From positions 256,001 to 320,000 of the forward strand of contig CAXXXF010000006.1 in NCBI GenBank assembly GCA_963667175.2: DNA of 64,000 nt, read 5' to 3'. The notes beneath the pieces are model-generated. The model saw nothing but the letters and a program-made list of their open reading frames with translations, was not told the origin of the DNA and ran no database searches. Origin of the DNA: Candidatus Latescibacterota bacterium. Lineage in GTDB: Bacteria > Latescibacterota > UBA2968 > GCA-2709665. Made by a program: the position numbers and the translations under genes. Below are positions 1 through 8,966 of the stretch, piece by piece (position 1 is the first letter of the stretch; every line of letters starts with the position of its first letter).

Positions 1-1376
1 ATCAGGCGCGTGCACACGGGCGCGTACGCCGCCACGGGCGAATGCACCCCCTTGGCGACGATGACGTCGAACGCGTCCGGACGCAGACCGCAACTGGTCA
101 TCACGCCCAGGCTTACCGGTACGACGCGACGCGACGTCAGACTGATCGTCAGTCCCGTGTCGGTGTCCACCACCGCCGTCTGTCCCATGTCGAACGCCGT
201 CCGCCCGCCGTGGCGGATCTCGGGCTCCCGAAAGCGGCCGTTGTAGATGCCCCGTACCGTGACCGGCGCCTCCAGAGGCGGGCCGTGCGTTTCATCCGTC
301 TTGCCGCCCATCCGAAGCGTCACCCGGCTGCCCGCCCCCGCCCCGGCCGCCTTCGACACGGATTCCCTGTCGTACAGACACACGAATCCTTTCGTCTTAC
401 GCCGATGCAATTCGTGCGCCAGCATGGTGCCGTCCGCGGCCGACCCCCCACCCGTATTGTCGCCCATATCCAGCAGGCAGACCGGACCGTCGGTCGCCAG
501 CGCCATATCCACTGCCAGCGGGATGCCGATAAACTCTCCTCTGAAGTCGCTCCGAAACGCGTGGAGATGGTCCGCGAGTTCTCCGGCAACGGCTTGCGCG
601 AGTTCCGGATCACCATCCGTCACGGCGATCATCGCGGCGCCCATTTCCGGCACGTCCGCGTAGGGGAATCCAAGCACAATGCTATTCGACAACACACCCG
701 GCCGGTCCAGGAGGTCATTCGCCAGTTCGTACATCGGCCTGCACGGAGCGGCGCCCGTCAATTGCCGTTCGATATTGATGGCAATCGGCGGAAACGCGGC
801 GGCCTGGGTGGGTCTGATCTCGCCTCGGAGCGTCCGCGCCATCAGCCGCGACGCCTGCACACCCACCTTCTTCTGGTCCAGATGGGGATTGCTGCGATAG
901 GCGATGGTCGCGTCACAGGCCGCAACCATTCGCTCCGACAGGTTCGCGTGCGGATCGATCGTGCAGATAATGGGCGTCTCGTCTCCAACCGCGCGCCGCA
1001 GCCGGGACAGCCAGTATCCGTCCAGATCCCAATAGTCCTCTCCATCGCCTACGTTCGCCCCGTGGGGCGCCACGAGCCAGCCGTCCAGTCTCCCGGCGCG
1101 CTCCACCTGATCAAACATCAAATGAATCAGCGCGTCGCATGTCTCCTTCGTAATCCGGCCGGAGGGCTCGGTGCCGGCGTAAAACAGAGGCACGGGTTCG
1201 ATACCCGACTCAGCCAAACCGACGAAGAATCCACTGACTTCGTTCAAGCCATCCCTGTACGCCTCTGCCACCTCGTCTCCGGTGAGGATGCCGCCGGACC
1301 TGAAATTCTCCAGTGTGGTGGGCGTGCAAATGAACGTATTCGACTCGTGCATTAATGACAGGATGCCAACGCGCAT
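1..1376 (-). CDS. M81 family metallopeptidase (MlrC-like), 3' end runs off the window
   Basis: Not in the ORF track; manual translation from ATG at 1376 gives MRVGILSLMHESNTF...APHGA...DPHAN...YRSNPHLD...DMGDNTGGG...IVAKG, the MlrC/M81 motif series. Confidence 0.88.
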   Translation of the reverse strand, partial: MRVGILSLMHESNTFICTPTTLENFRSGGILTGDEVAEAYRDGLNEVSGFFVGLAESGIEPVPLFYAGTEPSGRITKETCDALIHLMFDQVERAGRLDGWLVAPHGANVGDGEDYWDLDGYWLSRLRRAVGDETPIICTIDPHANLSERMVAACDATIAYRSNPHLDQKKVGVQASRLMARTLRGEIRPTQAAAFPPIAINIERQLTGAAPCRPMYELANDLLDRPGVLSNSIVLGFPYADVPEMGAAMIAVTDGDPELAQAVAGELADHLHAFRSDFRGEFIGIPLAVDMALATDGPVCLLDMGDNTGGGSAADGTMLAHELHRRKTKGFVCLYDRESVSKAAGAGAGSRVTLRMGGKTDETHGPPLEAPVTVRGIYNGRFREPEIRHGGRTAFDMGQTAVVDTDTGLTISLTSRRVVPVSLGVMTSCGLRPDAFDVIVAKGVHSPVAAYAPVCTRL

Positions 1377-1631
1377 ACTAAACTATCCCGTTCGTTGTCC
1401 TGCTGTGATCGCAGCGGGTCGGAAACCCGATGGTTCCACGCCGGACTCAGCCATCGCGGCAGACCCTTGACGGGTTGGTTGTTGACAAAATCGCCGTCGC
1501 CTGAAATCCGATTCTCAATATAGACGTTGCGGCTTTCGAAATCAAATGGTTCAAGGTTCAGATTTCGGCGAGGAATGACGCGCCCATTCAATGCGTCCTT
1601 ACCGGGGAAGTAAACGCTTCTTATGATCTCC

Positions 1632-1649
1632 GATTGCGAATCGCATTAT
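1632..1649. promoter_or_regulatory. Palindromic operator candidate (Fur-family-like box) upstream of CBS-korAB
   Basis: gatTGCGAaTCGCAttat; perfect TGCGA-N-TCGCA inverted repeat at 1635-1645 in an AT-rich divergent intergenic region. Confidence 0.35.
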
Positions 1650-1805
1650 AAACAAAAATACAGTATTTGCGTTCTGTGGACAAAATTAACTAATGGATTC
1701 GTCTTGCCAATACAAACCAAGTACTATATATTTAAGCCGGATAAGATAAGACCGGCTTTTTGCTGCGTGCGGCCGGGAGGAGCGCATCGATTCCGGAGGT
1801 TCCAG

Positions 1806-2273
1806 ATGGACCTTAAAGAGAGTATTCACACCGCTCCGATTACCCAGGTCGACCTGTCGTATTACGTCGAGACGGAACACGGCACGCGAGCCGGCGACGT
1901 GCTGCAAAAGATGAAAGCCAGTCATCGGAAATGCGCCCTTGTGATGGAGCACGGCCGCCTGGTGGGCATTTTCACAGAGCGCGACATCATGAAAAAGGTG
2001 GCCGGTAACCCGCAAAGCAGCGACGCGCCGATCGACGACCTGATGACACCGGATCCTGAAACAATCGACGCGGACATGAACATCCTGGACGCAACGAGGG
2101 TGATCGCCTCCAACCGCTACAGGTACATGCCGGTAACGAACAAGGAGGGCCAGGTCCTGGGAACATTGACATATTATGCCATTATCAAATACATTTGCGA
2201 TTATTTCCCGCAGGAAATCTACAACCAGCCGCCCGTGCCGGACGTGTTCGCAAAGGCCCGAGCCGGCGCCTAG
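1806..2273 (+). CDS. CBS domain pair protein
   Basis: GGAGG RBS before ATG 1806; LVGIFTERDIM, DLMTPDPETI, YMPVTNKEGQVLGTLT CBS motifs. Confidence 0.9.
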   Translation: MDLKESIHTAPITQVDLSYYVETEHGTRAGDVLQKMKASHRKCALVMEHGRLVGIFTERDIMKKVAGNPQSSDAPIDDLMTPDPETIDADMNILDATRVIASNRYRYMPVTNKEGQVLGTLTYYAIIKYICDYFPQEIYNQPPVPDVFAKARAGA

Positions 2274-2326
2274 CCAGAGTGATCTTCTTCTCCAGATCCG
2301 CGGCCCAAATGTGCCAGGAGGTCTAG

Positions 2327-4201
2327 ATGTCCGATACAGCCGTCGAGGAAATTGACGAAGAAGCCGAACTGCTGGACGAATTGAACGAGGTAGAGTCCAT
2401 TGCGGTCCGATTTGCGGGCGACTCCGGCGATGGCAGCCAGTTCATTGGCGGAGAGTTCGCCAACACGTCCGCCATTGTGGGCAACGACATCAGCACAATG
2501 CCGGACTACCCCGCCGAAATTCGCGCTCCCGCGGGCACATTGCCGGGCATCAGCGGATTTCAGGTCCGCATATCCAGCGAAGACATCTACACACCCGGCG
2601 ACGAGCCCCAGGTGCTCGTTGCAATGAACCCGGCCGCGCTGAAGGCCAACCTGCAGGACCTGCCGCCGGGTGGCGTGGTCATTACGAATTCCAACAACTT
2701 CACACGAAACAACCTTCGCAAGGCCGGCTACGAGGCCGACCCGCTCGAAGACGGATCGCTGGAGGGATATCAGGTTTGCAAGGTACCATTGACAACGTTG
2801 CACAAGCGGGCAGTGGCCGGTGTCGAGGGTCTGTCCAACCGGCAGATCGATATGATGAAGAACTGCTTCGCCCTCGGACTTGCGTACTGGATCTTCGACC
2901 GTCCGCTGGAACCGACCATCCGCATGCTGGAAGAGAAATTCGCCAGCCGCCCGAATGTCGTCGAAGGCAACGTAACGACACTGAAGGCCGGATACAACTA
3001 CGGTGAAACGACCGAACAGTTCCAGTTCAGGTACAAGATTCCCAAAGCCGTGGTCGAACCGGGAACCTATCGCGCCGTAACCGGCGCCCAGGCCACCGCG
3101 ATGGGCTTCGTCACCGCGGCGCACAAGGCCGGCAAGACGCTCTTTTACGGCAGTTACCCAATCACCCCCGCCAGTGTCCTGCTTGAGGCGCTGGCTGCCC
3201 TGAAGAACTTCGACGTGCGCACGTTCCAGGCCGAAGACGAAATCGCAGCCATCGGCTCCGCGATCGGCGCGGCGTTCGGCGGCGCCTTTGCCGCAACCGG
3301 CACCAGTGGCCCCGGAATTGCGCTGAAGAGCGAAGCCATCAACCTGGCTCTTGTGCTGGAATTGCCACTGGTTGTCGCCAACTTTCAACGGGGCGGGCCG
3401 AGCACGGGGCTTCCCACGAAAACGGAACAGTCCGACCTGCTCCAATGCATGTTCGGCCGCAATGGCGAGAGTCCGGTTCCCATTGTCGCGCCGGCCACGG
3501 CTTCGGATTGCTTCAACCTTGGAATTGAGGCCTTTCGTATCGCCGTCGAAAGCATGTCGCCGGTTTTCTTCCTGTCCGACGGCTATCTGAACAACAGTTC
3601 CGAACCCTGGAAGATACCCGATCCCGACGACATTGAAACCATCGCTGTCGAACATCGAACGGACCCTGAGAATTTCCAGCCGTACACGAGGAACGTGCAG
3701 ACCCTTTCGCGCCCCTGGGCCCTTCCGGGCACACCCGGCCTGGAACACCGAATCGGCGGATTGGGTAAGCAGGACGGCACGGGAAACGTCTCGTACGATC
3801 CGAAAGATCACGAACACATGGTCAGGGTCCGGGCAGAAAAGGTTGCGCGAATCGCCAATCGGATTCCCGGACAGGATGTATTCGGACCGACGGCAGGCGA
3901 TCTGCTTGTCGTCGGTTGGGGCAGCACCTTCGGCGCCGTCAGGTCCGCGGTACGGCGTGCGGTCTCCAACGGCCTGTCGGTTGCCCACGCCCATGTCCGA
4001 TATCTGAACCCGTTTCCGGCGAACCTGGAAAGTCTGCTTCTGCGCTATCGAAAGATCCTGGTTCCCGAGATCAACGGCGGGCAGCTTTCTTTCCTGCTCA
4101 ACGCCAGGTATCCTTTACGCGTCATCAGCTATCCCAAAGTCCAGGGGCAACCATTCAAGATCTCCGAGATTGTGGATAAAATCCACGAGTTGCTGGACTA
4201 G
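2327..4201 (+). CDS. korA: 2-oxoacid:ferredoxin oxidoreductase alpha subunit (gamma-alpha fusion)
   Basis: RFAGDSGDG, YPAEIRAPAGT, YPITPAS, QAEDEIAA, TSGPG, QRGGPSTGLPTK motifs. Confidence 0.95.
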   Translation: MSDTAVEEIDEEAELLDELNEVESIAVRFAGDSGDGSQFIGGEFANTSAIVGNDISTMPDYPAEIRAPAGTLPGISGFQVRISSEDIYTPGDEPQVLVAMNPAALKANLQDLPPGGVVITNSNNFTRNNLRKAGYEADPLEDGSLEGYQVCKVPLTTLHKRAVAGVEGLSNRQIDMMKNCFALGLAYWIFDRPLEPTIRMLEEKFASRPNVVEGNVTTLKAGYNYGETTEQFQFRYKIPKAVVEPGTYRAVTGAQATAMGFVTAAHKAGKTLFYGSYPITPASVLLEALAALKNFDVRTFQAEDEIAAIGSAIGAAFGGAFAATGTSGPGIALKSEAINLALVLELPLVVANFQRGGPSTGLPTKTEQSDLLQCMFGRNGESPVPIVAPATASDCFNLGIEAFRIAVESMSPVFFLSDGYLNNSSEPWKIPDPDDIETIAVEHRTDPENFQPYTRNVQTLSRPWALPGTPGLEHRIGGLGKQDGTGNVSYDPKDHEHMVRVRAEKVARIANRIPGQDVFGPTAGDLLVVGWGSTFGAVRSAVRRAVSNGLSVAHAHVRYLNPFPANLESLLLRYRKILVPEINGGQLSFLLNARYPLRVISYPKVQGQPFKISEIVDKIHELLD

Positions 4202-4230
4202 ACCGTACCCCTGAATCTGGAGAACGATCC

Positions 4231-5787
4231 ATGGCCGAAGCCACACCGGAACTATTACAACTGACCCGCAAAGACTTCGTTTCCGACCAGGAAGTCCGCT
4301 GGTGTCCGGGATGCGGGGACTACGCCATACTGGCGCAGATGCAGAGGGTGCTTCCCGAACTCGGCATTCCCCGGGAACAGATCGTCTTCGTCTCCGGAAT
4401 CGGTTGTTCCAGCCGTTTTCCGTATTACATGAACACCTATGGCGTGCACTCCATTCACGGGCGCGCGCCTACCCTCGCCTCAGGCCTTAAAGTGGCCAAT
4501 CCCGATCTGCATGTGTGGGTGATTACCGGGGACGGCGACGGCCTGTCCATCGGCGGCAACCATCTGCTGCATATTCTCCGCAGGAACGTGGATGTGAACA
4601 TCATTCTCTTCAACAACCGCATCTACGGCCTTACGAAGGGCCAATACTCGCCCACGTCGCTACCGGGTCACAAGACCTATTCTTCGCCAATGGGATCCAT
4701 CGAACAGTCCTTCAACCCCATCTCCGTCGCCATCGGGGCCGAGGCCACCTTTGTCGCGCGTTCCGTCGACCGGAATACCAAGCACCTTGCGGAAATGCTC
4801 CGCAGGGCGGCCGCACACAAGGGCACGTCGTTTGTCGAGGTCTACCAGAACTGTAACATCTACAACGATGGCGCGTGGTTCCACATTACCGAGGCCGACG
4901 TCAAGGACGACAATACGCTGATTCTCGAACACGGTCAGCCGATGGTTTTCGGCAAGGCGCGGGACAAGGGTGTCCGGATGGATGATCTGCGTCCGGAAGT
5001 CGTGGCGCTGGGCAACGGCGCCTCCGAAGGCGACCTGCTGATGCACGACGAGTCCGCGGATCCGCCGGCGCTGGCTTACATGCTGAGCCGCATGGAATAT
5101 CCGGATTTTCCAGTGCCACTGGGGGTTCTGCGCTGCGTGGAACGACCTGTTTACGAGGAGGAAATCCTCGAACAGGGTCGCGCCGCCGTCACACAGCACG
5201 GGAAAGCCGATCTGTCCACACTCTATCATACCGCCGATACCTGGATTGTGTCGGAAGAGGACAGCGTGCCGGTAGAACGCGACGTCGCTGAGGAAATCGA
5301 GACGGATATCCCGGATATCATTCCGGGAATCGGCGGAGAGGATCCAATAGACCCGAAGGGCGAATTCGAACGCCTCGTCATCGATCCGATCTCAACGGTG
5401 AAACTCCACACACCGGAGTTCATCGCGCCGGGGGCCTTCATGCTCGAAGCCATGCTGCTGATGGAGGAAAAAGACGCCGGCTGCCTTCTGGTTTCCGAAG
5501 ACGGCGTCACCGTTCTGGGCATCCTGGCGGAAGGCGATTTCTTCGTAAAAGTCGTGGGTAACGACATCGATCTGGCAACCACGCGTGTTGAAGACGTGAT
5601 GACGCCCAATCCCATAACCATGAGATTGTCGGATCCCATCGGGTACGCGCTGCATCTGATGGACCTGCACGGCTATCGGCATATCCCGGTAGTCGACCAT
5701 GGTGGACGGGTCGTCAAGGTGGCGTCGTTCAGGGCGGCTCTCGAGTTCTTCACGCAACTTTACGACAGCGGGGCAAACGGCGACTGA
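4231..5787 (+). CDS. korB: 2-oxoacid:ferredoxin oxidoreductase beta subunit with C-terminal CBS pair
   Basis: WCPGCGD, SGIGCSSR, HGRA, GDGD TPP motif, YGLTKGQYSPT; extra C-terminal region with GILAEGD, VMTPNPIT, YRHIPVVD. Confidence 0.93.
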   Translation: MAEATPELLQLTRKDFVSDQEVRWCPGCGDYAILAQMQRVLPELGIPREQIVFVSGIGCSSRFPYYMNTYGVHSIHGRAPTLASGLKVANPDLHVWVITGDGDGLSIGGNHLLHILRRNVDVNIILFNNRIYGLTKGQYSPTSLPGHKTYSSPMGSIEQSFNPISVAIGAEATFVARSVDRNTKHLAEMLRRAAAHKGTSFVEVYQNCNIYNDGAWFHITEADVKDDNTLILEHGQPMVFGKARDKGVRMDDLRPEVVALGNGASEGDLLMHDESADPPALAYMLSRMEYPDFPVPLGVLRCVERPVYEEEILEQGRAAVTQHGKADLSTLYHTADTWIVSEEDSVPVERDVAEEIETDIPDIIPGIGGEDPIDPKGEFERLVIDPISTVKLHTPEFIAPGAFMLEAMLLMEEKDAGCLLVSEDGVTVLGILAEGDFFVKVVGNDIDLATTRVEDVMTPNPITMRLSDPIGYALHLMDLHGYRHIPVVDHGGRVVKVASFRAALEFFTQLYDSGANGD

Positions 5788-5813
5788 TCGTCGTGCCCTG
5801 TGAAGCTCAGCGG

Positions 5814-5849
5814 AAAGCCCCGGACGTCCAGGTCCGGGGCTTTATTTTC
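5814..5849 (+). terminator. Intrinsic terminator after korB (probably bidirectional)
   Basis: aaagccccggac-gtccag-gtccggggcttt followed by atttt. Confidence 0.8.
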
Positions 5850-5928
5850 ATGGCATGTTCGGGTTCCAGGGGGACCATGACGATTGTGAACCGGCCGCAC
5901 GAGGCGTACGGCGCCCGGCTCGCTTGCC

Positions 5929-6393
5929 TCAATCGCTTCGCGGACGCCTGTAACCCACCTCCGCCACCAGTTCCTTCGGAAATGCATGCATCCTCTCCGG
6001 TCCCAACCGCTCCACCTCTGCCAGCCCGAGTTCGATTTTTCGTGTGAGCTCGCCGACGTCCACACCCAGAAACCGGGCGGGAAACTGCCTCAGCTTGAAA
6101 ACTGAGTTGTTGTAGTGCTTCACCGCTCCATGATAGATCCCTCTTTGAATTTGATGGTACGCCGCCGCGAGTTGGATCAGGCCCTGAAAGAAAATGCGGC
6201 TCGGCTCGTTATGCCGCCGCCACACCTGCTCCCAGGCCTCGTGGCTCTCCCAGTGCTCCCGACTGTTGAAGAGCGAAACGCCTCTTTCAAAGTCCATCCA
6301 GTCCTCCGCCGACATCGCCGGCTCCACCACGTCCGCTGCTCGAATGAGGTAGGCCCGTTTGACCCGCGCCGCTTTCAAGTCACCCGTTCGCAC
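5929..6393 (-). CDS. DUF309 family protein
   Basis: GVSLFN...ESHEAWEQVW...FFQGLIQLAAAYHQ signature; start may be the later MSAEDW. Confidence 0.85.
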   Translation of the reverse strand: MRTGDLKAARVKRAYLIRAADVVEPAMSAEDWMDFERGVSLFNSREHWESHEAWEQVWRRHNEPSRIFFQGLIQLAAAYHQIQRGIYHGAVKHYNNSVFKLRQFPARFLGVDVGELTRKIELGLAEVERLGPERMHAFPKELVAEVGYRRPRSD

Positions 6394-6396
6394 GAT

Positions 6397-7134
6397 TCAG
6401 TCTCCGGCCTGCGCCTCAAGCATTGTCTCCAACGCGACAAGATGCGCGCGTACGCGCACCTCCATCGCCAGCGCCGACGGTGTTTCCGACGTGATCAGAC
6501 GATCGGTATACTTCTGCTGAAACAGGACAATCGGAACGCCGCCGCCCATGCGCCTCTTCTCCACCTCGAGATTCGGAAAGATCACCCCGTTCCTCGCAGC
6601 CTCTCCTTCTATCGTCGTTTGCGTATTCAGGGGGCATACTTCGGATACCCTACAGGTAATCCGCGGCCCAGCCGGCGCCCGGCCCCGAACCTGCTCGTAA
6701 AGATAGTACCCCGGGCTTTCCCAATCTTCGTGCAGATCCATGATGGCCGCGAATTCCCGCCCGCGAATAAACCGTTTGATGACGCCGATCTCGGGAACGT
6801 CGTCGTCGAGAAAAGCCCAGTTAACGTCCACGTCCTGTGCATTCGACCGGGAATCGTGGACGAATCCATACGGATTCAGACAGGGTATCACGTAGAACCG
6901 GAATCGATCCAGCCATCGGTCACAGCCCGTTTCCAGAAAAGCGAGTGCCCCCTGAGTTCCGGCGGGTTCGTCGCCATGGGTTCCCCCATTGACGAATATT
7001 ACGGGCAGCAACGGGTCCGTGCCAAGGGATACACAAAGGACGGGATATCCGTCTATCCGGTCGAGCACTTCAACACTGAGACCACGGCGCGAAAGCGCCT
7101 CGGCGCGCTTGACGACCTCATTGTAGTCACGCAT
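6397..7134 (-). CDS. M14 family zinc carboxypeptidase / succinylglutamate desuccinylase-like protein
   Basis: GTHGDEPAG, PCLNPYG, DVNW, DLHED, TSETPS; start set at MRDYNE. Confidence 0.85.
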   Translation of the reverse strand: MRDYNEVVKRAEALSRRGLSVEVLDRIDGYPVLCVSLGTDPLLPVIFVNGGTHGDEPAGTQGALAFLETGCDRWLDRFRFYVIPCLNPYGFVHDSRSNAQDVDVNWAFLDDDVPEIGVIKRFIRGREFAAIMDLHEDWESPGYYLYEQVRGRAPAGPRITCRVSEVCPLNTQTTIEGEAARNGVIFPNLEVEKRRMGGGVPIVLFQQKYTDRLITSETPSALAMEVRVRAHLVALETMLEAQAGD

Positions 7135-7190
7135 CGAGACTTGTCCTGTACACTGACCCTCAGTGCCCGCCAACCCTATTAACGTCCGAC

Positions 7191-8510
7191 TCAGTCGAAC
7201 ATCTCCTTACCGAGCGTAATACCATGCGCCTTGACAGGGTCTTCCGTCCTCCCGGCTCGGGCCAGGCGTCGGGACAGTTCCGAAGCCAGGATTTCGCCCA
7301 TCTCCCTGGTTCTCTCAGGGAGCACCCGCGCCAGATTATGCTGCTCACCCGGGTCGGTGTTCAAGTCATACAGTTCCCGCATGGGGTTGCCATAAAAATC
7401 GGGCTCGCTTGCGACAATCAGCTTCCATCCGTCTTTGCGCACAGCCCATTTGGCCATCCATGTGCACTCCTGGGTAAGCAACATCTCTCCGTCCGTTACC
7501 TCCGCTCCACCCCGGATGAGCGGGAGTACCGACCGACCGTCCATTCCGTGCGGGACTTTCAGACCCGCGCTATCCAGTACCGTCGGCGCGAGGTCCGTGT
7601 GTTGGACCAGTGACCGGATTCTGGTTCCATTGAATTCGTCACCCGGCCAGCGCACGATCAACGGCACGCGGATATCGCTTTCGTACAATCCATGGTGATC
7701 GAAGTAGATGCCGTGTTCACCCAGTTCCTCGCCGTGGTCGCTGAAAATGAACACCGCGGTCTCTTCGGCGAAACACAATTCGTCAAGCGCTCCCAGCAAC
7801 TCCCGGATTCCATCGTCCACGCACCTCACCTCGGCATCGTACTGGCTGCGTACGAATTCGATATCGGTGATCTGGTCCGCCGCCGCGTCCGGCCACTCGG
7901 ACGCCATCCGCCCGAGCCAGCCGGACGTCCACCAGTTCCTCAGGGGTCGCCGGTAGAAGCCGTCAAGGCTGCCTCTGTTTTCAACCGTCGGGTCGCCGGA
8001 ATAAAAAAGGTCTCTGTAGCGTCCGGGCGGCATATACGGCGTATGCGGATCCCAATAGTGCACGAAGAGAAAAAACGGCTCCTGGCCGCGGGCTCTCAGC
8101 CACTCGATGGCAAGGTCGTTAAAGCGGGAACAATCCGGAAAACTCCCCGATTCCCGCGGATTCAGACAGACGTCGAATCCTCTGGAAAACCAGGGTTTGT
8201 GATGTTCCGCCAGATTGTCCACCGCGGCAGTGGCGTACCCGGACCCCTGCAGGTGTTCCGGCAGGAACGGCGCGTATTCGCAGAGAGACCAGCGCCCCCT
8301 GTGCGCAACGATCCCATGTGTGGTCGGCCACTGCCCGGTGAACATGGTCGTGAACGAAGGCTGCGTGGGAATCGAGGGCGCATAGCAATTCTCGAACACA
8401 GTTGCGCGGCCTGCGAAATCGTCGACAAACGGCGTGGTCGTCCGGTCATATCCGTAGCAACCGAGTCGATCGGCGCGCAGGCTGTCCACGGCAATCATCA
8501 GGAAATTCAT
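7191..8510 (-). CDS. Sulfatase-like hydrolase (alkaline phosphatase superfamily)
   Basis: DSLRADRLGCYGY, PTQPSFTTMFTG, HYWDPHTPY, SDHGEELGEHG, ELYDLNTDPGE. Confidence 0.88.
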   Translation of the reverse strand: MNFLMIAVDSLRADRLGCYGYDRTTTPFVDDFAGRATVFENCYAPSIPTQPSFTTMFTGQWPTTHGIVAHRGRWSLCEYAPFLPEHLQGSGYATAAVDNLAEHHKPWFSRGFDVCLNPRESGSFPDCSRFNDLAIEWLRARGQEPFFLFVHYWDPHTPYMPPGRYRDLFYSGDPTVENRGSLDGFYRRPLRNWWTSGWLGRMASEWPDAAADQITDIEFVRSQYDAEVRCVDDGIRELLGALDELCFAEETAVFIFSDHGEELGEHGIYFDHHGLYESDIRVPLIVRWPGDEFNGTRIRSLVQHTDLAPTVLDSAGLKVPHGMDGRSVLPLIRGGAEVTDGEMLLTQECTWMAKWAVRKDGWKLIVASEPDFYGNPMRELYDLNTDPGEQHNLARVLPERTREMGEILASELSRRLARAGRTEDPVKAHGITLGKEMFD

Positions 8511-8698
8511 CGCCCGCGTACCCACCACCCGTCGGCTGTGCCGGACTGTAATACAACCAGGTTGAATACACCAATCCATCTTGTCATATGGGACTCTAAT
8601 TCACTGCAGCATCACTGCGAAAGCTGGCGGCAGACCACCGATCGGACTCGTGAATTCGAAGTTACGTCGGCGCATCTCTTTTGTCAACGTCCGGTAGA

Positions 8699-8730
8699 GA
8701 AGCGGAGGCCTCGTGCGAGACCTCCGCTTC
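8699..8730 (-). terminator. Hairpin terminator downstream of tRNA-Sec
   Basis: gaagcggagg...cctccgcttc inverted repeat just after the tRNA CCA end; weak U tail. Confidence 0.55.
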
Positions 8731-8736
8731 CGATAG

Positions 8737-8834
8737 TGGCGGGAATGTGTGGGAATCGAACCCACCCAGCGTGTGATTAGCACGCCGCAACGGGTTTGAA
8801 GCCCGCGAGGGCCACCAGTGCCCCATCCACTCCC
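8737..8834 (-). tRNA. selC: tRNA-Sec (anticodon UCA)
   Basis: Minus strand GGGAGTGG AT GGGGCA CTGG TGGCCC TC GCGGG CTTCAAA CCCGT...long variable arm...GTGGG TTCGATT CCCAC ACATTCCC GCCA; 98 nt, directly downstream of selB. Confidence 0.96.
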
Positions 8835-8966
8835 GCGTAAAGAGCAGATTGCCGGCGATTGCGGCATCCTGATGTATTGTACGTCAAAACCGGTATCAAC
8901 GATTGAATTCCCGTTGGAAACTCCTGGGGCGCCGGGCGAGTCGTTCCGGGATTCGGACCTCGGTGT

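Noticed and set aside
42-1355. 437-aa plus-strand ORF and similar long antisense ORFs (2270-3994, 58135-60600, 61632-63959)
   Set aside because: Shadow frames of well-supported opposite-strand genes in GC-rich DNA; no recognisable motifs
1400-1625. Hairpin-rich intergenic stretch as riboswitch or sRNA
   Set aside because: Only short stems; no match to riboswitch consensus that I can recognise; needs an Rfam/Infernal scan
5929-7134. M14 peptidase TGA stop in frame with the DUF309 ORF, possible Sec read-through
   Set aside because: Both domains look complete, the TGA is not at a catalytic Cys position and no SECIS is apparent
8600-8736. Genomic island integrated at tRNA-Sec
   Set aside because: No integrase and no duplicated tRNA 3' end seen in the window
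8737-8834. G-A mismatch at the eighth acceptor pair and G-G in the D stem of tRNA-Sec
   Set aside because: Appears within ordinary variation of bacterial tRNA-Sec; overall 8/5 fold and UCA anticodon are intact
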